NCBI GenBank assembly: GCA_002104905.1
Contig: MCFE01000399.1
Span: 1 to 64,000, forward strand
Origin: Basidiobolus meristosporus CBS 931.73
Taxonomy: Eukaryota; Fungi; Basidiobolomycota
DNA: 64,000 nucleotides
Reading direction: 5' to 3'
Shown here: positions 23,856 through 39,368 of the stretch, piece after piece
How positions within the stretch are numbered: position 1 is the stretch's first letter
How the letters are laid out: the number at the start of each line of letters is the position of its first letter
Position numbers and translations under genes: made by a program
Notes under the pieces: model-generated
What the model was told of the DNA's origin: nothing
What the model saw: only the letters and a program-made list of their open reading frames with translations
The model's database searches: none

Positions 23856-26229
23856 ATGAACGACAAAGATAATCTCCTACACGGATATAATGGCTATTCT
23901 AGTCATCACATGCAGTCCCAATTCCTCTACAACAATGGCAGCCCAATTCGTTCCTCGAACCATACCCCTTCGCCTTCCACCTCCCCAAGTCCAGCATTCA
24001 ATTCGTATAACGGTTCTAGCCAGCTATATTCTGGCATGCTTCCAAGATACCCTGGCCAAATAAGTCTATCCCAAAATTCGCTACTCAATCCTGGCATATC
24101 TTTGAATCAGCATTCTCAAACTCTGAACTCCCAAGCCTCCAGTGCTAATAGCGTGTTGAATATGGTGTCATCATTGCCAACACCAACTACTGCGCACCAC
24201 CAGCAACAAGTTAATTATCTTCAAATTTCGCGCCAGTCCTCCAGCCCTCACCATCATGCGCGAACTGCAGCGGCGTTATCTCGTTCCACTGCACACAGTA
24301 ATCCCATCACCATCGCCGATCCAAACAACCCTTCCGTCGCGATAAACGGATTAACCAGAAGAGCGCAAGATAAGCGAGCCAACAAAAATGGTCCACAATG
24401 GACAGCGCTAGATATTGGAGGAATGGGGCTAAAGAACCTAAGTCTTGAACTGTTCAGTTATCAATTCCTGACTACTCTATACTTGAATCACAACAATCTT
24501 ACCTTCTTGACTCCGGAAATTCGTCGGCTGAGAAGCCTCACGCATCTGGACATCTCGGGAAACAAGTTGACCTCCATTCCGGCAGAACTCGGGTTCTTGA
24601 TTAATTTAAAAGAGTTGTTTATGTTTGACAATCTATTAGAAACCTTACCACCACAGCTTGGTACTTTGTATCAATTAGAAAATCTGGGTTTAGAAGGGAA
24701 CCCCATTAAAGAACCATTCATGTCAATCTTGTACAAGGATGGTATCTCTGAACTAATTGCCTATCTACGAGACAACTGCCCAGGTATGGTGGCCTTTTTG
24801 AAAGCTTCCGGAATCATTCGGATCAATAACACTTCACCTTACAGCTCCTCCTCCGCCCCCGGAAAGAGAATGGCTTGCCTTTGAAAGTGAGAGAAGTGAA
24901 GCTGCTGAGCAAGAAAGTAATAGTAAGCGGTCCCATACAGACTCACGGCAAATCTGGAGCTAATGCTTGCATGTTATCTTCCCCTTAGGCATGTTTACTG
25001 TTTTGACATATAACATATTAAGTGAGAAGTATGCTACTTCCCAGCAATACGGTTATACTCCTTCATGGGCTCTTGAGTGGGAATACAGAAAGGATCTGAT
25101 ATTACAGGAGATTCTCTCTTACAGCCCGGATATCCTATGTCTACAGGCAAGTAGTTAGGATTATGTACAGATACTGGGGTTACATAGAAGTAACATTGCG
25201 CAAATCTAGGAAGTTGAGGCTTCTCAATACGAAGAGTTCTTCCGCGATCAATTAAAGCAAGCGGATTATGATAGCGTATTCTGGGTCAAGAGCAGAGCCA
25301 AGACTATGAGCGAGTGGGAGCGGAGATCTGTTGACGGTTGTGCGACATTCTTCAAGTCTTCGATGTGAGTGCGCGGATACATAGAGCTTAAGGCGTATCG
25401 TACTGAATTTGTATCCTCCCTAGGTTCAGCCTTCTGGACAAGCAGATTGTCGAGTTCACCCAAGTGGCCATGAAACACCCCAATTTCGAAAAAACCGAAG
25501 ACTTTTTCAATCGATTCATGACCAAAGATAACATATCCGGTTTGGCATTATTGGAAACGAAAGAAACCAAGCAACAACTACTAGTGGCGAACGCACATAT
25601 CCATTGGGATCCGGCATTCTCCGATGTCAAGTTAATCCAGGTCGGCATGCTTATGAACGAGGTTACTCGGTGCGGAAATGAGTGGATCAAAAGATACCGT
25701 CTGGCCTACAAGGATATCAGCAAACTTCCCATTCTCCTCTGTGGCGATTTCAATTCTCTGCCTACTTCTGGCGTGTATGAATTTTTGTCCAGAGGGTCGG
25801 TCACTTCTGAACACGAAGATTTAGTTGAGCATAATTACGGCCTATTCACTTCTAAAGGGTTGTCCCACGATGTCCCACTTCGTAGTGCCTACTCGCAGAT
25901 CGGAGAGCTGCCATTCACGAACTTCACAGCGCATTTTACTGGTGCCATTGACTATATATGGCACAGCACTGGAATGTTAACCGTCAACGGACTGTTAGGC
26001 GGACCGGATGGAGAATACATCTCAAGAAATGTCGGCTTTCCAAATGCCCATAACCCCTCCGAGTAAGTATATTTTCGCTGATCTGATAATGTAGATGTAG
26101 ATGTATATACATACGGAGGGACTAATATGCTTTCTTATCAGTCACATATGCCTGCTTGCTGAGATCAAGTTCAAGTCACCTCCAGCAGGTCCCACCTATC
26201 CCCAATTTCGAAAGCCCACCAACAAATGA
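23856..26229 (+). CDS. CCR4: CCR4-NOT deadenylase subunit Ccr4 (LRR + EEP nuclease); multi-exon
   Basis: [25 protein letters not shown], leucine-rich repeats, [15 protein letters not shown]|[35 protein letters not shown] and PS(D)|HI motifs. A further upstream or 5'UTR exon is possible. Confidence 0.95.
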
Positions 26230-26849
26230 TTACAATAGAGCACACTTTAATTTACTCGGTCTTTCATGGTAAGACTCCCTTGTTGATTCCAGAGAGTTTG
26301 AAGGAAACGGTTCACCTGTCTTATAGGCCACGAGATATACTATAACTCCATGTGATCCGACATTCAATGACTTCAAATCAGCTATATTCCTAATATTTAT
26401 CAGCATTTGTTGCTTCGGATTTGCTTCACTTTCTTTTCAATCAATGCCTTCGTTTAGCTTGTCCCTCTATTCAGTTCCCTCATTTATTATCCACCCCCTG
26501 TCTTCCTTCCCTGGTGTAAATAAGCATTGTAGTTTCAAGCTAGTCCAGCCTTCATCGATTAAAAGAACTGAACGTGCGAAACTTCCCATGTTTGGTGAAA
26601 GACAAATACCGCATGGCTACAATAAGGGTATGTTGCTAGACAGGGTCTTCAATAATAATATGCATGTAACGCACTTGCTCGAACCAATGCCATGGATGTT
26701 TTGGGCTGGACACGTTGTTCCTCGGAGATGTACTTGAAGCCATTGAGATGTAGCTTTATTTGATTTTAAAGGTATACGGGCTAGATATTAGGCCATGGTG
26801 GATAACGCTGGGGGAATGGTCAGCTAGGAGCAAGCGACACAGATGATCT

Positions 26850-29384
<2,535 letters not shown>

Positions 29385-30820
29385 CTCTTCAGTGGCTACG
29401 ACAAGGATTTGTGTTGTCTTTTGGAGTTACAGCAAGAAACAAGGGATATCAGTCACAACTCGGTGTACTTGCGTTGGGACACGGAGGATGCTCAACAAAG
29501 GGGAAATACAATGAAGAGCCAAGTCAGGGTGGAGAATAAGACGGTCACGCAATGGCCAACAATTTTTAATTACCGGCTAGTTGTGACGGTGATAGATACG
29601 TTATCAGTCAATTTAGTATACTTCAATCTATTCAAAGTTGCCAAATCATTAAGGATGCCATGCCAACTAAGCCCTCCTCCCTCCGTCCATGACGAGGATG
29701 GAAAGGATTGGTTCATTGTTAGATTGGTACCCTAGCATCACTACCACCGAACCTGATACGATCAGAGGTCAGCATGTACTTCATCCCCCCTAACTTCATT
29801 CTCAAGGTTTTACTTTTTTGGTGAATGGTAAAACCCAGCCTGAATGCATCCTAATCTCTGAGACTATTCATACTAAATGTGTTTATTTTCTTGGCTTTCT
29901 TTGCAATTAGAGTGTACGTCTATGGTGTGGATTAAAACGCCCAGCAAGGTTCCAAGAGTTTGCACGATGCTTTAGCATATCACATCCTCAACTGTATCTT
30001 CCAGGTGGCACCTTGGATCCTGCTTACCGCTAAGGTGTGTCTTCGATTGCTGAGCACTCATTACAGCTTCCTCTCGAACAGACTTCCTGTACGTCAGTGA
30101 GTGAGAGCATTGCCTAATGGGCCCATGTTAGAATGTGGGGGGATGAGAGGGCTGAAGGTTTGGGCCTGAGCCAGCAGAACCTCTGAAGCCTTTCCATAAT
30201 AAACTCACTGACGAATGAGTCTTTCAAGTCACAACTCACAAGGATATATGCCTGAGATTACGAGGCTGGGAGACAGGCAGATGACGTTCTGGGTTGCGAT
30301 GCCTGCTTGATTGGCTGTATAATCTGAGATGAAGCGATCCACATCGTAGTCGTGATTGTGCAACCTGATGCACTACGTCACATCAACTAGCAGTCTGGAG
30401 TGAACTTCAACAATGGCATTACAATTTTGGGCTGCGGCAAGTGGGATTGGCATGGTGACATACGATCATCGCTACCTGCCAGTGTTCCGATGTAGCAAAC
30501 AGCTCACCTGCAACACATTCGGTGGTGATCAACCTCCAGCCATATCACAACAGAATACGAAGTGACATGCTCACACCATCTGCTCGAACCCAAATTATTG
30601 CTTATTGTGGTCGGAATATACTCTCACTCCGCCTGTAGGCCGAAGTAACCACCAATTTTATTTTAACCTTATATAGTTACTAGCTATGATTAGTGCCCTA
30701 AAATACGATCAAAGATTCAAGTGTAGTGATGCTCGTATTGAAGGAAAATATACGGATAAAATTACAAGGCCGTCTGCATACCGTTAGATCATTGAATACA
30801 ACTTCGCTCAACTAGGCGCT

Positions 30821-31699
30821 TCAAGAATCTTCGAACTCTGCAGTCATGAAGTTGTTGATACGAGGGTAATTCGCCTTTTCGTCAAGTTGGTTTTGAGCCC
30901 AGACCAACATCTTCAATAGTCCGGGAAGCTTGGGGTCTTTGTCTTGACTTTGTGAGGTTAGAATTGCCGCGTTCAGCTCACTGGCTGTTTTCTGGCGGTG
31001 AGTGTGATCCAAAAGCTCGCCAACCGGAGATTTTCCGAGGTCTTCAAATGCAAGTAAGGCCATGGTTTGCTCAAGCTCCTGCAACATCTCGGGATTCTCC
31101 TCGCCACGTGGGGCCAATTCCTCTTGTGCGAATTCTAGTGCCTCATCGATATTTCCTTTACGAATGAGTTCAATCAAACGTTGTTGTTGCAAATGGAAAA
31201 AAAGTCTTGGATTGGTGTCTAAAATCTAGGAGGCATCGATTATGCAAAACATTAATTTCGAAACAAGATGCTAGTTACTTGTGCATGCTTCAGTGCTATT
31301 GCTACAAACCTCAGGGTCCAGATCATTAACTCTTTCAATTGCCTCCCCAATATCACCAGTGTGTACGGCATTGCGTATATTCATTCGGTCCTCAATCGAG
31401 GCGAGATCGATGTTCGGAGAGAGCCCACATTCTTGGCTGAATTTCTCTGCCGCATCTTTATAACCTTCTATGACCAGGTAATTCATGACAAGTTTATTCA
31501 AATCGCTGTTAACGAGCATTTTAGATAAGTATTTGAAAAATCTATAACCTGCAATGAATTTTACTTACTGTTTGTTCACTTGGACTTTGCTCAGTCTTTC
31601 TGACCATTCATCCTTGGAGATGGTTTGCTTATTATTGGAGGTGGTCTATGGAAAAAGATTAGCTTGTTATGAGGCAATGAAAGGTTTAAGTAGTACCAT
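30821..31699 (-). CDS. GID8: GID/CTLH complex subunit Gid8 (LisH-CTLH-CRA); multi-exon with an ATG-only first coding exon
   Basis: DEWSERLSKVQV, DLNKLVMNYLVIEGYKDAAEKF (LisH), QQQRLIELIRKGNIDEALEFAQEELAPRG, RQKTASELNAAIL and LLKMLVWAQ. ATG|GTACT at 31699. Confidence 0.93.
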
Positions 31700-32212
31700 T
31701 GCAGGAGTAGTCGTCAGTGAAGTCTAGGCGGTATAGAGTAGTATAAGTAGGGGAAATCTCTCAATGGGCTGTAGCATTTAGAGTTGATTAAATTTATGAA
31801 CAAATCATACTCGTTAGCGAAGCTTGTAGGAATTCCGCTAACGCAATCAAATATACATCATTTGAACAAGTCGTAATAGTAGAGCAGAGGATTTCGAAGC
31901 CAATCGCAACCAATAAAAATATCGCATGGGAGAACTAATGCAGTGTCAATCATGATAACTAACCAGAATTTGATGGGTTTGTGAAAACCGAGATAGTGTA
32001 TGTGCATTCATATAAACTTGAACCTCTATGAAAATATTCAATTAACTAGAGTTAAGTTTAAATATTTGATGAACTTCGCCAAAGCCGATTTTCAAGAAAA
32101 CTTTCATTGTTAGTATTCCCACAAGTGCGTCGACCTCTGATACTAAGAACTCGCCTTGTGTGTAACATTGGCCATTTAATACACGAAACCAAAGAGGCAG
32201 TGAACGGGTTTT

Positions 32213-34224
32213 ATGGCTCCAAAAAGAAAGAACTACACCAACTTGCCTGATGAGCAGGAGGCATCATCATCAACAGCTATTCCACAAATGACACAACCTG
32301 ACGATGCATCAACGCCCTATTATAGGCGTTCTGGAAGTAGACAACCTGTTTCTGAGCTCCCTTCTCGCGTGGATGAAGAAATTGAGGCTGTATGGGTTGA
32401 AACCGAAGCCAACACTATGCAGACGTTTGAATTCGAAGACAACGAGAACTCGAGGCGTAGCGCCATGAGTATAGCCGCAGATTTCATGAAGGTAAATTAT
32501 CCAGCTAGTTTCCGTGATCCTCTAGGAGATTAAGCTCACATCTACTCTAAACAGGATGGGCTGAAAAAGAAACTCTATTTATTGCTTGAAGATCCCTCTT
32601 CTTCTCCAGCTGCGTTTGTAGTGAACGTTTTCGTGTCGTTTATGATCGTCTTAAGTACTGTTGTCTCTACGGTCGAAACCATTCCAGCATTTCACTATGC
32701 CGGAACCTCATTATGGTACTGGTTTCCTGACTGTGAAGTCACCTCAATACTACAGCCATTCACACGCTTCTAGGTTTAATTTCGAGACTACAATCGTGTT
32801 TCTTTTTACTGTGGAGTATCTATTAAGATTTTACGCCCATTCCGACTCTCGAGAGCAGTTGTTTAAGTTTGTCATAGGTAGTTTAACAGGTATGCTTTCA
32901 ACGAATGATTCTAACGCGAAGCTATAGCACCGCTTTCAATCATCGATGTTGTTGCAATTGCACCCTACTACGTTGAACTGGTCCTCAAACGAGATACGGT
33001 AAAAAATATATTGGTGCTACTATCTAGATCGAAGTATTGTTACCTAAACGTCGATATTTTAGTCCTACGAATTTCGTTTTACCATCCTGCGTTTGTTTCG
33101 TTTGTTCCGGGCTTTTCGCGTATTTAAATACTCCTCTCTTATCCAGGTAACCTTGTAGCTGTCTAACCCATTAGGGCCCATGTTAACGATTTTATATTGT
33201 CAAGCTTTCCATCGAAGTCATGATTATTGCCATGAAGAAGAGCTCGGATGCTTTATACGCACTTTTCCTCTTCTTCATGCTGACAATTATCGTCTTCTCG
33301 AGTCTGCTCTATTTTGTTGAAAGAGGTAGGAAATGCTGCCAGAGGGGATTTTTCGTCTACTAATCGCGCGTGATAGGTGTCTGGGATGAGGAGAAAGAGA
33401 TGTTTGTTACTCCTAGCGGTGGGCCAAGGTATTAGAGACTAGGCTGTTGGCGTGACATGGCGTGTACTGACCATGTTTCTACAGCAAATTTGATAGCATT
33501 CCTGCCTCATTTTGGTATGTTATAGTGACCTTGACCACCACTGGATATGGTAAGTTACGATAGTATCCACTAATTCAGTGGGCAGTACTTAACCATGAGG
33601 CTATATAGGTGACATGGTTCCGGAAACCTTTATCGGCAAGCTCATCTCTTTTCCCATTATGATGTGTGGTATTCTGGTACGCCCAAGCATTTGACGATAA
33701 CCCTCGACTCATGTTAACGCCACACTCTCATAGCTTATTGCTCTTCCGTCTATCATTGTTGGTAGACATTTTACTGTTGTCTGGGACTACACCAAAAGAC
33801 ATAGGCCAAACCAAAGAGTGAGCTAGTTTTTGTTAAATTCGCTGCTAGTGAATTTACTTATCTAGATTGGTATAGCTTCCTAATGCCGAAGATAACCAGG
33901 AGCAAGATCCGTTGGGTCCGGTAGGAAGATACTCCAGTAAGTTTACGTTGCGGTCTTTTATGTAGATGTGCTATTTAACAAGACTCGCTAGTCTCCGATC
34001 TCTCACGAATGGACGCCTTTCGTACCATTACTCCGGATCCTCTGGACGCGAATCGTGATTACGCTATGCTAAATAACGATAATCAAAATCGTGAGTTAGG
34101 TGACCAAGTACAAGCCTTGATGGAAGTACAGAAGTCAAATCAACTTATGATCAAAAAAATCCTTAAGCTCTTGGAAAACCAAAACATAGCAAACGACGAA
34201 GATCTAAACCTAAAAAATGACTAG
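32213..34224 (+). CDS. Voltage-gated potassium channel (6TM, Kv-like, no obvious T1 domain); about 10 introns
   Basis: [11 protein letters not shown] (pre-S1), S1-S3 helices, S4 [14 protein letters not shown] with basic residues every third position, pore [25 protein letters not shown], and S6 [10 protein letters not shown]. Confidence 0.93.
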
Positions 34225-34513
34225 TGAAGCCATACCTTTGTACAATTCTTCATCATATTTTATTCTTTTCTTTCCATTATAGATGCTTTTGAACTTAAAT
34301 AAAATAGCCCATAGCACTGGCCTCCACGCGTATCTTTCGAACAGTGCGTTGTAGCAACATGGTGTTATTGGTATTACAGCTGAATAATTTTTAAAACTAG
34401 TTTTATGTAAAATGTATGTGGATGCAAAGGAGACTTGAGTGGGGTGATGGAGGATTTCACTCAATGGAATTGGCGCGGTCTAGTTGGTTTTTCCCTTTCT
34501 AAGTCTTCTCTGC

Positions 34514-34739
34514 TTAGCCTACGGAAAAAGAACTAGGGGTAAATTTCTGAACAGTTAGTGATTTGGCACGAGCAGTATCCTACCTTCAGCATGGCCTTGA
34601 GTTTGGCGGTTTTTCCTTTCTTTCCTATGGCGAACTGGCTCTTTTGGCGGATTTGTTCGAATAGCATGTTGTTCGCAGGTAGGCTGTTCCTGATAATAGG
34701 ATTGGTAGTGGTAAGCACACGATTCAATAAACCGAACAT
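34514..34739 (-). CDS. Putative very small, basic, mitochondrially targeted protein (possibly a mitoribosomal peptide); 3' end uncertain
   Basis: ATG 34739, presequence-like MFGLLNRVLTTTNPIIRNSLP...QIRQ, then KSQFAIGKKGKTAKLKAMLK. A clean GTAGGA..CACTAAC..CAG intron gives KFTPSSFSVG* (about 62 aa). Family not recognised. Confidence 0.45.
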
Positions 34740-35113
34740 TACAGTGTAGGAAAGTTGGACTATTAGAGGGGTAAGCTGTAGAAAAAGTCAATTTGATATT
34801 TCTCTGCGTTTGTCTAATTTTTCACTTCACGTTTGATCGGTTCATTTAGGTTTGCGGTGTCAGGTGATCGAATCCCACTATGCATTATTTGTAAGTTCAT
34901 ACTTAAGTTATACGGAGATTCTAGGTTTTGTTGATTGGAGATGATCACCCAGTAGTTAAACTGATTTGCTCACCAAGGAACCAATTAGATCTTGTTTGGA
35001 TGTATAAAAACAAACAAACAAATCGTACCAGTATGGGAACAATTAACACTATCTCTTCAACAGTAACTTGGCGAATTCCAAACTACCTCAACAAGGACTG
35101 ACATCCAGGAGAT

Positions 35114-36869
35114 ATGGAAGAAGGCATGCATATAGTAGAAAATAGAGTGGCGTCCTTCATGGAAGCTAAGTTCGCCTGGCCACATCCTGACACTTTTGGC
35201 GTCGTACCCTTGAATGTACTAGTATTATTCAATTGAAATATTGAGTTCTGCGGGACTATCCCTAGCTCTTTCAATTCTTGCTAATCTATTTTCCATGTTC
35301 ACATCAAGTTGGCCGAAGCTGGTTTTTACTTCGATCCACAATCCAAAGAGGACGATAGTTGTGTTTGTTTTCTTTGTCATAAATCCTTGGGAGGCTGGGA
35401 AGAGGAAGACAATCCAGTGACTGAACATATTAGTCACGCTCCCTATTGTGCTTGGGCGAAACTCTTGTGTTCTCGATTGTATGTCGAAAGCTCGGCCATA
35501 CCACTGAAAGATTTTGCTGAGGATGAATACCTTCCCACTTCCAGTGCTATGGAAGCAGCCAGGGCTGCAACCTTCCAAGAATTTTGGCCCCATGAGAACA
35601 AGAAGGGGTGGCTTTGTAACGTTAAAAAGGTAAATCTTTAGCGGCAAAATGGTCGTTTACAAAGGTTAACTCATCTTATTGAGCAGATGGCGAAAGCTGG
35701 GTTCCACTACAACCCTACCCCAGATTCTGATGACACTACCTGCTGTATCTACTGCAATACCACTCTTGATGGATGGGAGCCACGTGATAGCCCTGTGTAA
35801 GTAGCCTCTTTGACAACAAAGGAAAGAGCCATCTAACCGCGCCCCTTTATTGTAGCAAAGAACATCGAAAGAGAGCCCCTACCTGTCCGTTCTTTGTCAA
35901 AGATCTCAAAAACACCTTGAAAAAGACTACTTCTAGCGAAAAAGGGGTGTGCTCTGATAGAGAAAGCGAGGTATTCATGTGATTATCAAATAGTTGAGTG
36001 TGAGTCACGTAGTAAATTCAGGGGTTTTTTACTAGGCTGAAGAAGTGGAGACGAAGGTGGCCGTATCTCGCTCCAGCACTAAGAATGAGAAACCTCAGCC
36101 ACAATTGAAACCTAAGAGCCAAAGAGGAGTTAAAGCTAAGAAAGAGGTGAAGGCACAACCTGAAGCATCTCCAACCACGGTTGTTAAGGCGGACCAAGAC
36201 GATGAGTTACCACCCGCAATACCAGAGCGTAGAGCACGTGGCGGTCGTAAGAGAAAAGCAGATACAGTCGCTGAAGAGATAACACCCGAAGAAAACGATG
36301 TCAACACTAGTACCAATGATAGAACCATCCAAAGCGTTGGCAACAAGACACAACCTGAAACCAAATCCAAGTCGAGAAAAACCAGAAGAAACGAGCAAGT
36401 GGATACCAAGACCAACACACCTGAAGAATGCGTGGAAGCAGATAAAACACGACTTCTGGAGACTCAGGTGCCTCCTTCACCACAGGTATTGAATGAGCGT
36501 TCTACCGGCGGCGAAGAGACAACGCTGGCAGATGTGCAGAGCCATAAATCAAATCCCCAGCTTGGCACTCCTACATCCATTTCTGATTCTAACCTTGATG
36601 AAAGCTCACCAGATGTTGATGGACCACTTGCATCCTCATTATTGAACAAACCTCGCCAACCATCGAATCTACCTCAGGATGAGCAAAATAATGAAATGAT
36701 GGTTTGGGAGCTACTGAGCGATGACGAGCGAAATATGTCAGTAGAGCAGTTTATGCGATCGTTGATTGACAAGCAAGTGAAAAAGCTGCAGTCCGAGAGT
36801 GAGCAAAAGATAGCGCAGTTTATGCAAGAAGCAGAGAAAATCAAGGACATGATCATTGCTATGGACTAG
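35114..36869 (+). CDS. BIR1: Survivin/Bir1-like chromosomal passenger protein with two BIR domains; multi-exon
   Basis: NRVASF..WPHP; LAEAGFYFDP..DDSCVCFLCHKSLGGWEEEDNPVTEHISHAPYC; second BIR MAKAGFHYNP..CIYCNTTLDGWEPRDSP|..EHRKRAPTC; low-complexity linker; C-terminal MSVEQFMRSLID helix. Confidence 0.9.
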
Positions 36870-37577
36870 TAATTATCACCATTTAACCAACTAATGGTTT
36901 CTTTCCCGTATTGTATTATTTCAGCTTCTTTGACAATCTATACATAGACTTTTTGTATTAAATAAACACTTGATTTCTTTTCACGATACACCGAATTCCT
37001 TATTCAACGCGGCGGGTAACCTCGGCCATAATGCTGATACTCGATAGCGAGGGGTTGTGCATCAAGCAACAGTTCTACACTTCCAATATTCTCTCAACTC
37101 CTCCAATGACTACCAACCATGACACGGACGAAGAACACACCATTGCACCAACCTGATATAATCTGCCTTATCATCTCAATCTCAAACACACCGTGAATCA
37201 TGAAATCCGGTCCTCCATAGCTCAAGCAGGCCAATAGCAATGTGACCCTCCCACCTCCAAATCAATATAGATTAATACCACGACCGAACTTGTACAAACC
37301 ATGGGCCAAGAACATACAGGTTGATCGGCAATGTTTAGGCTAGGTCGAGAGCGTAGAAAATCCACAGTTACGGGGACTTCAGCACTCTGGTTAAACAAGA
37401 GCGGCATACCTGTGAGATGTCATGCACCTAGCACGAATATGAGCACGATGCTCATTGGCTGAGGGACTTTGGAACAGAGACGAAGGCTCGTCACTATGCC
37501 TACATTGGCAACGTGGTTACGACTTGCGAAATCGAGATGGCCTGCGTCACCTGGCATGCAATGAGCATTGCTAATAA

Positions 37578-38016
37578 TGACTCAGTAGATAGTAGAACAA
37601 CACAAAATCCGGTGATGGCCTCTGATGGCTGTACACATCAAACGTGCTACGATACTCTTGCATGGTAGATCATCACCTCGTGGCCAGTCGCTCACAAGTT
37701 GAACTCGCCCCATCGATCTCTCGGCGGCTGGACAAACACTGCATCACGTCAGCATAAATCATCGAAAATGATGAATTGTAAATAGGGCATTTGCCTAATG
37801 CACCGCAAATCAGAATCCATGCCTCGTTATCCATCGATGGGACAATGTGTAGCGGCCTATTTTGACAAGAAATTTACGGATATGGGCAATTCAGGGGCCG
37901 CTCCTTTGAGTGTAACTCTTTTACCCCGTTTTTCAGATGATCAAGTCCACTCCACTCACTGAGTTTCCTTTTCCATCCAGGCGTATGAAACTATTGGCCA
38001 TTACGCGATGACTAAT
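37578..38016. promoter_or_regulatory. Candidate Gcn4/CpcA sites upstream of DAHP synthase: TGACTCA at 37578-37584 and ATGACTAAT at 38008-38016
   Basis: Motifs seen in the sequence; yeast ARO3/ARO4 are established Gcn4 targets. Confidence 0.4.
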
Positions 38017-38216
38017 CCTTCATCTTCCCTTCGTTTATCTGTAACTGCATTTTTTTTTCAAGCATTATCATTATAGGAGTAAGGAGTAGACGGGGTATCG
38101 CATCGCCTGTATATATTTAAGCTACGCACCGGGTGGCATATAACTATTCTTCCCAAGTTCTCTGTCGAGTCTCAAAGAGACCTAACATATCAGTGTTGAG
38201 AAACATTTCACGTACC

Positions 38217-39368
38217 ATGGCTTTTGAACAAACCGACGATCTCCGCATCTCAGGCTACGACCCTCTCCTTCCTCCCCAAATTATTCAGGAGGAGCACGCG
38301 TTGAACGACGAAGCAAGGAACACCGTTCAACAAGGCCGAAAGAATGCAACTGCTGTATTGAAGGGCGAGGACGATAGGGTTCTGGTAATAGTCGGCCCCT
38401 GCTCTATTCACGACATAGAGGCAGCTAAAGAATACGGTTAGTATCCTAAATCTCTGCTTGAAGTCACGAGTTTCTTAATTCTGATCGTGATCCACACAAT
38501 AGCCCAGAAATTGAAGGAAGTGGCCCAGAAATATGACAACGAACTAGTCGTGATCATGCGTGCCTACTTTGAAAAGCCTCGCACCACTGTTGGCTGGAAG
38601 GGCTTGATCAACGACCCATTCCTTGACGGAAGTTTCCAAATCAATAAAGGCCTACGCATTGCTCGCCAGCTGTTGATCGATATTACCTCCATGGGCGTTC
38701 CTGTTGGGTCCGAGCTGCTGGATACAATCTCCCCTCAATTCCTGGCGGACCTTATCTCCTGGGGTGCCATTGGTGCTAGAACCACAGAATGCCAACTCCA
38801 TCGTGAGCTTGCATCAGGTGTATCCTTCCCTGTTGGATTCAAAAACGGAACCGATGGTAATGCTGGCATCGCCCTCGATGCGATTCGCGCTGCCTCTCAT
38901 CCTCATCATTTCCTTGGTGTCACAAAGCAAGGATTGGCTGCGATCACCAACACATCTGGAAACGATACCTGCCACATTATTTTGCGCGGTGGAAATCAGG
39001 GGCCCAATTACGAACAACAACACATTGCCAGTATTCGTGAAGAATTGCGTAAAACAAAGCTAAGAGAAGTGATCATGGTTGATTGTAGCCATGGAAATAG
39101 CTCTAAGCTTCACACGAATCAACCTAAAGTTTGCTCCAACCTTGCACAACAAATTGCAACCGGTGACAAATCAATTGTTGGTCTGATGATTGAAAGTAAC
39201 TTGGTCGCCGGTAGACAAGACATTCCGAAAGACGGACCTACCGCCCTTACCTACGGACAAAGTATTACCGATGCTTGTGTTGACTGGGATTGTACAGTGG
39301 AGATGTTGGATGAGTTAGCTAAAGCCGTGCAGCAGCGCAGAAGCTTGTGTACCAACGGAAACCACTGA
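38217..39368 (+). CDS. ARO4: 3-deoxy-D-arabino-heptulosonate-7-phosphate synthase, class I-alpha; one intron
   Basis: DDLRISGY, VIVGPCSIHD, MRAYFEKPRTTVGWKGLINDP, GAIGARTTECQLHRELASG, GFKNGTDG, MVDCSHGNS, ESNLVAGRQ and YGQSITDACVDW. FLGVTK (Gly) is the Tyr-sensitive Aro4-type residue. Confidence 0.93.

Noticed and set aside
30092-30213. 11-bp inverted repeat CGTCAGTGAGT...ACTCACTGACG in the SEC23-GID8 spacer, considered as a structured ncRNA or MITE
   Set aside because: A few 11-bp inverted matches with spacers under 200 nt are expected by chance in 64 kb. No further pairing, target-site duplication or snoRNA/snRNA boxes were found.
31812-31845. CGTTAGCG...CGCTAACG hairpin in the GID8/K+ channel divergent promoter
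   Set aside because: An 8-bp stem is within chance expectation and no RNA family motif is present.
34800-34885. GATCGAATCCC resembling a tRNA T-loop
   Set aside because: No T-stem, acceptor stem, D-arm or anticodon arm can be formed around it.
35494-35510. GGCCATACCAC resembling the 5' end of 5S rRNA
   Set aside because: It lies inside the BIR1 coding exon and nothing downstream matches 5S rRNA.
36990-37700. Moderately GC-rich stretch after BIR1 examined as a retroelement gag fragment
   Set aside because: No frame gives a recognisable gag, protease or RT motif, and no LTR pair was found.
38133-38216. In-frame, transit-peptide-like extension upstream of ARO4 shown in the ORF track
   Set aside because: It starts at GTG with no ATG or clear upstream exon; treated as 5'UTR.
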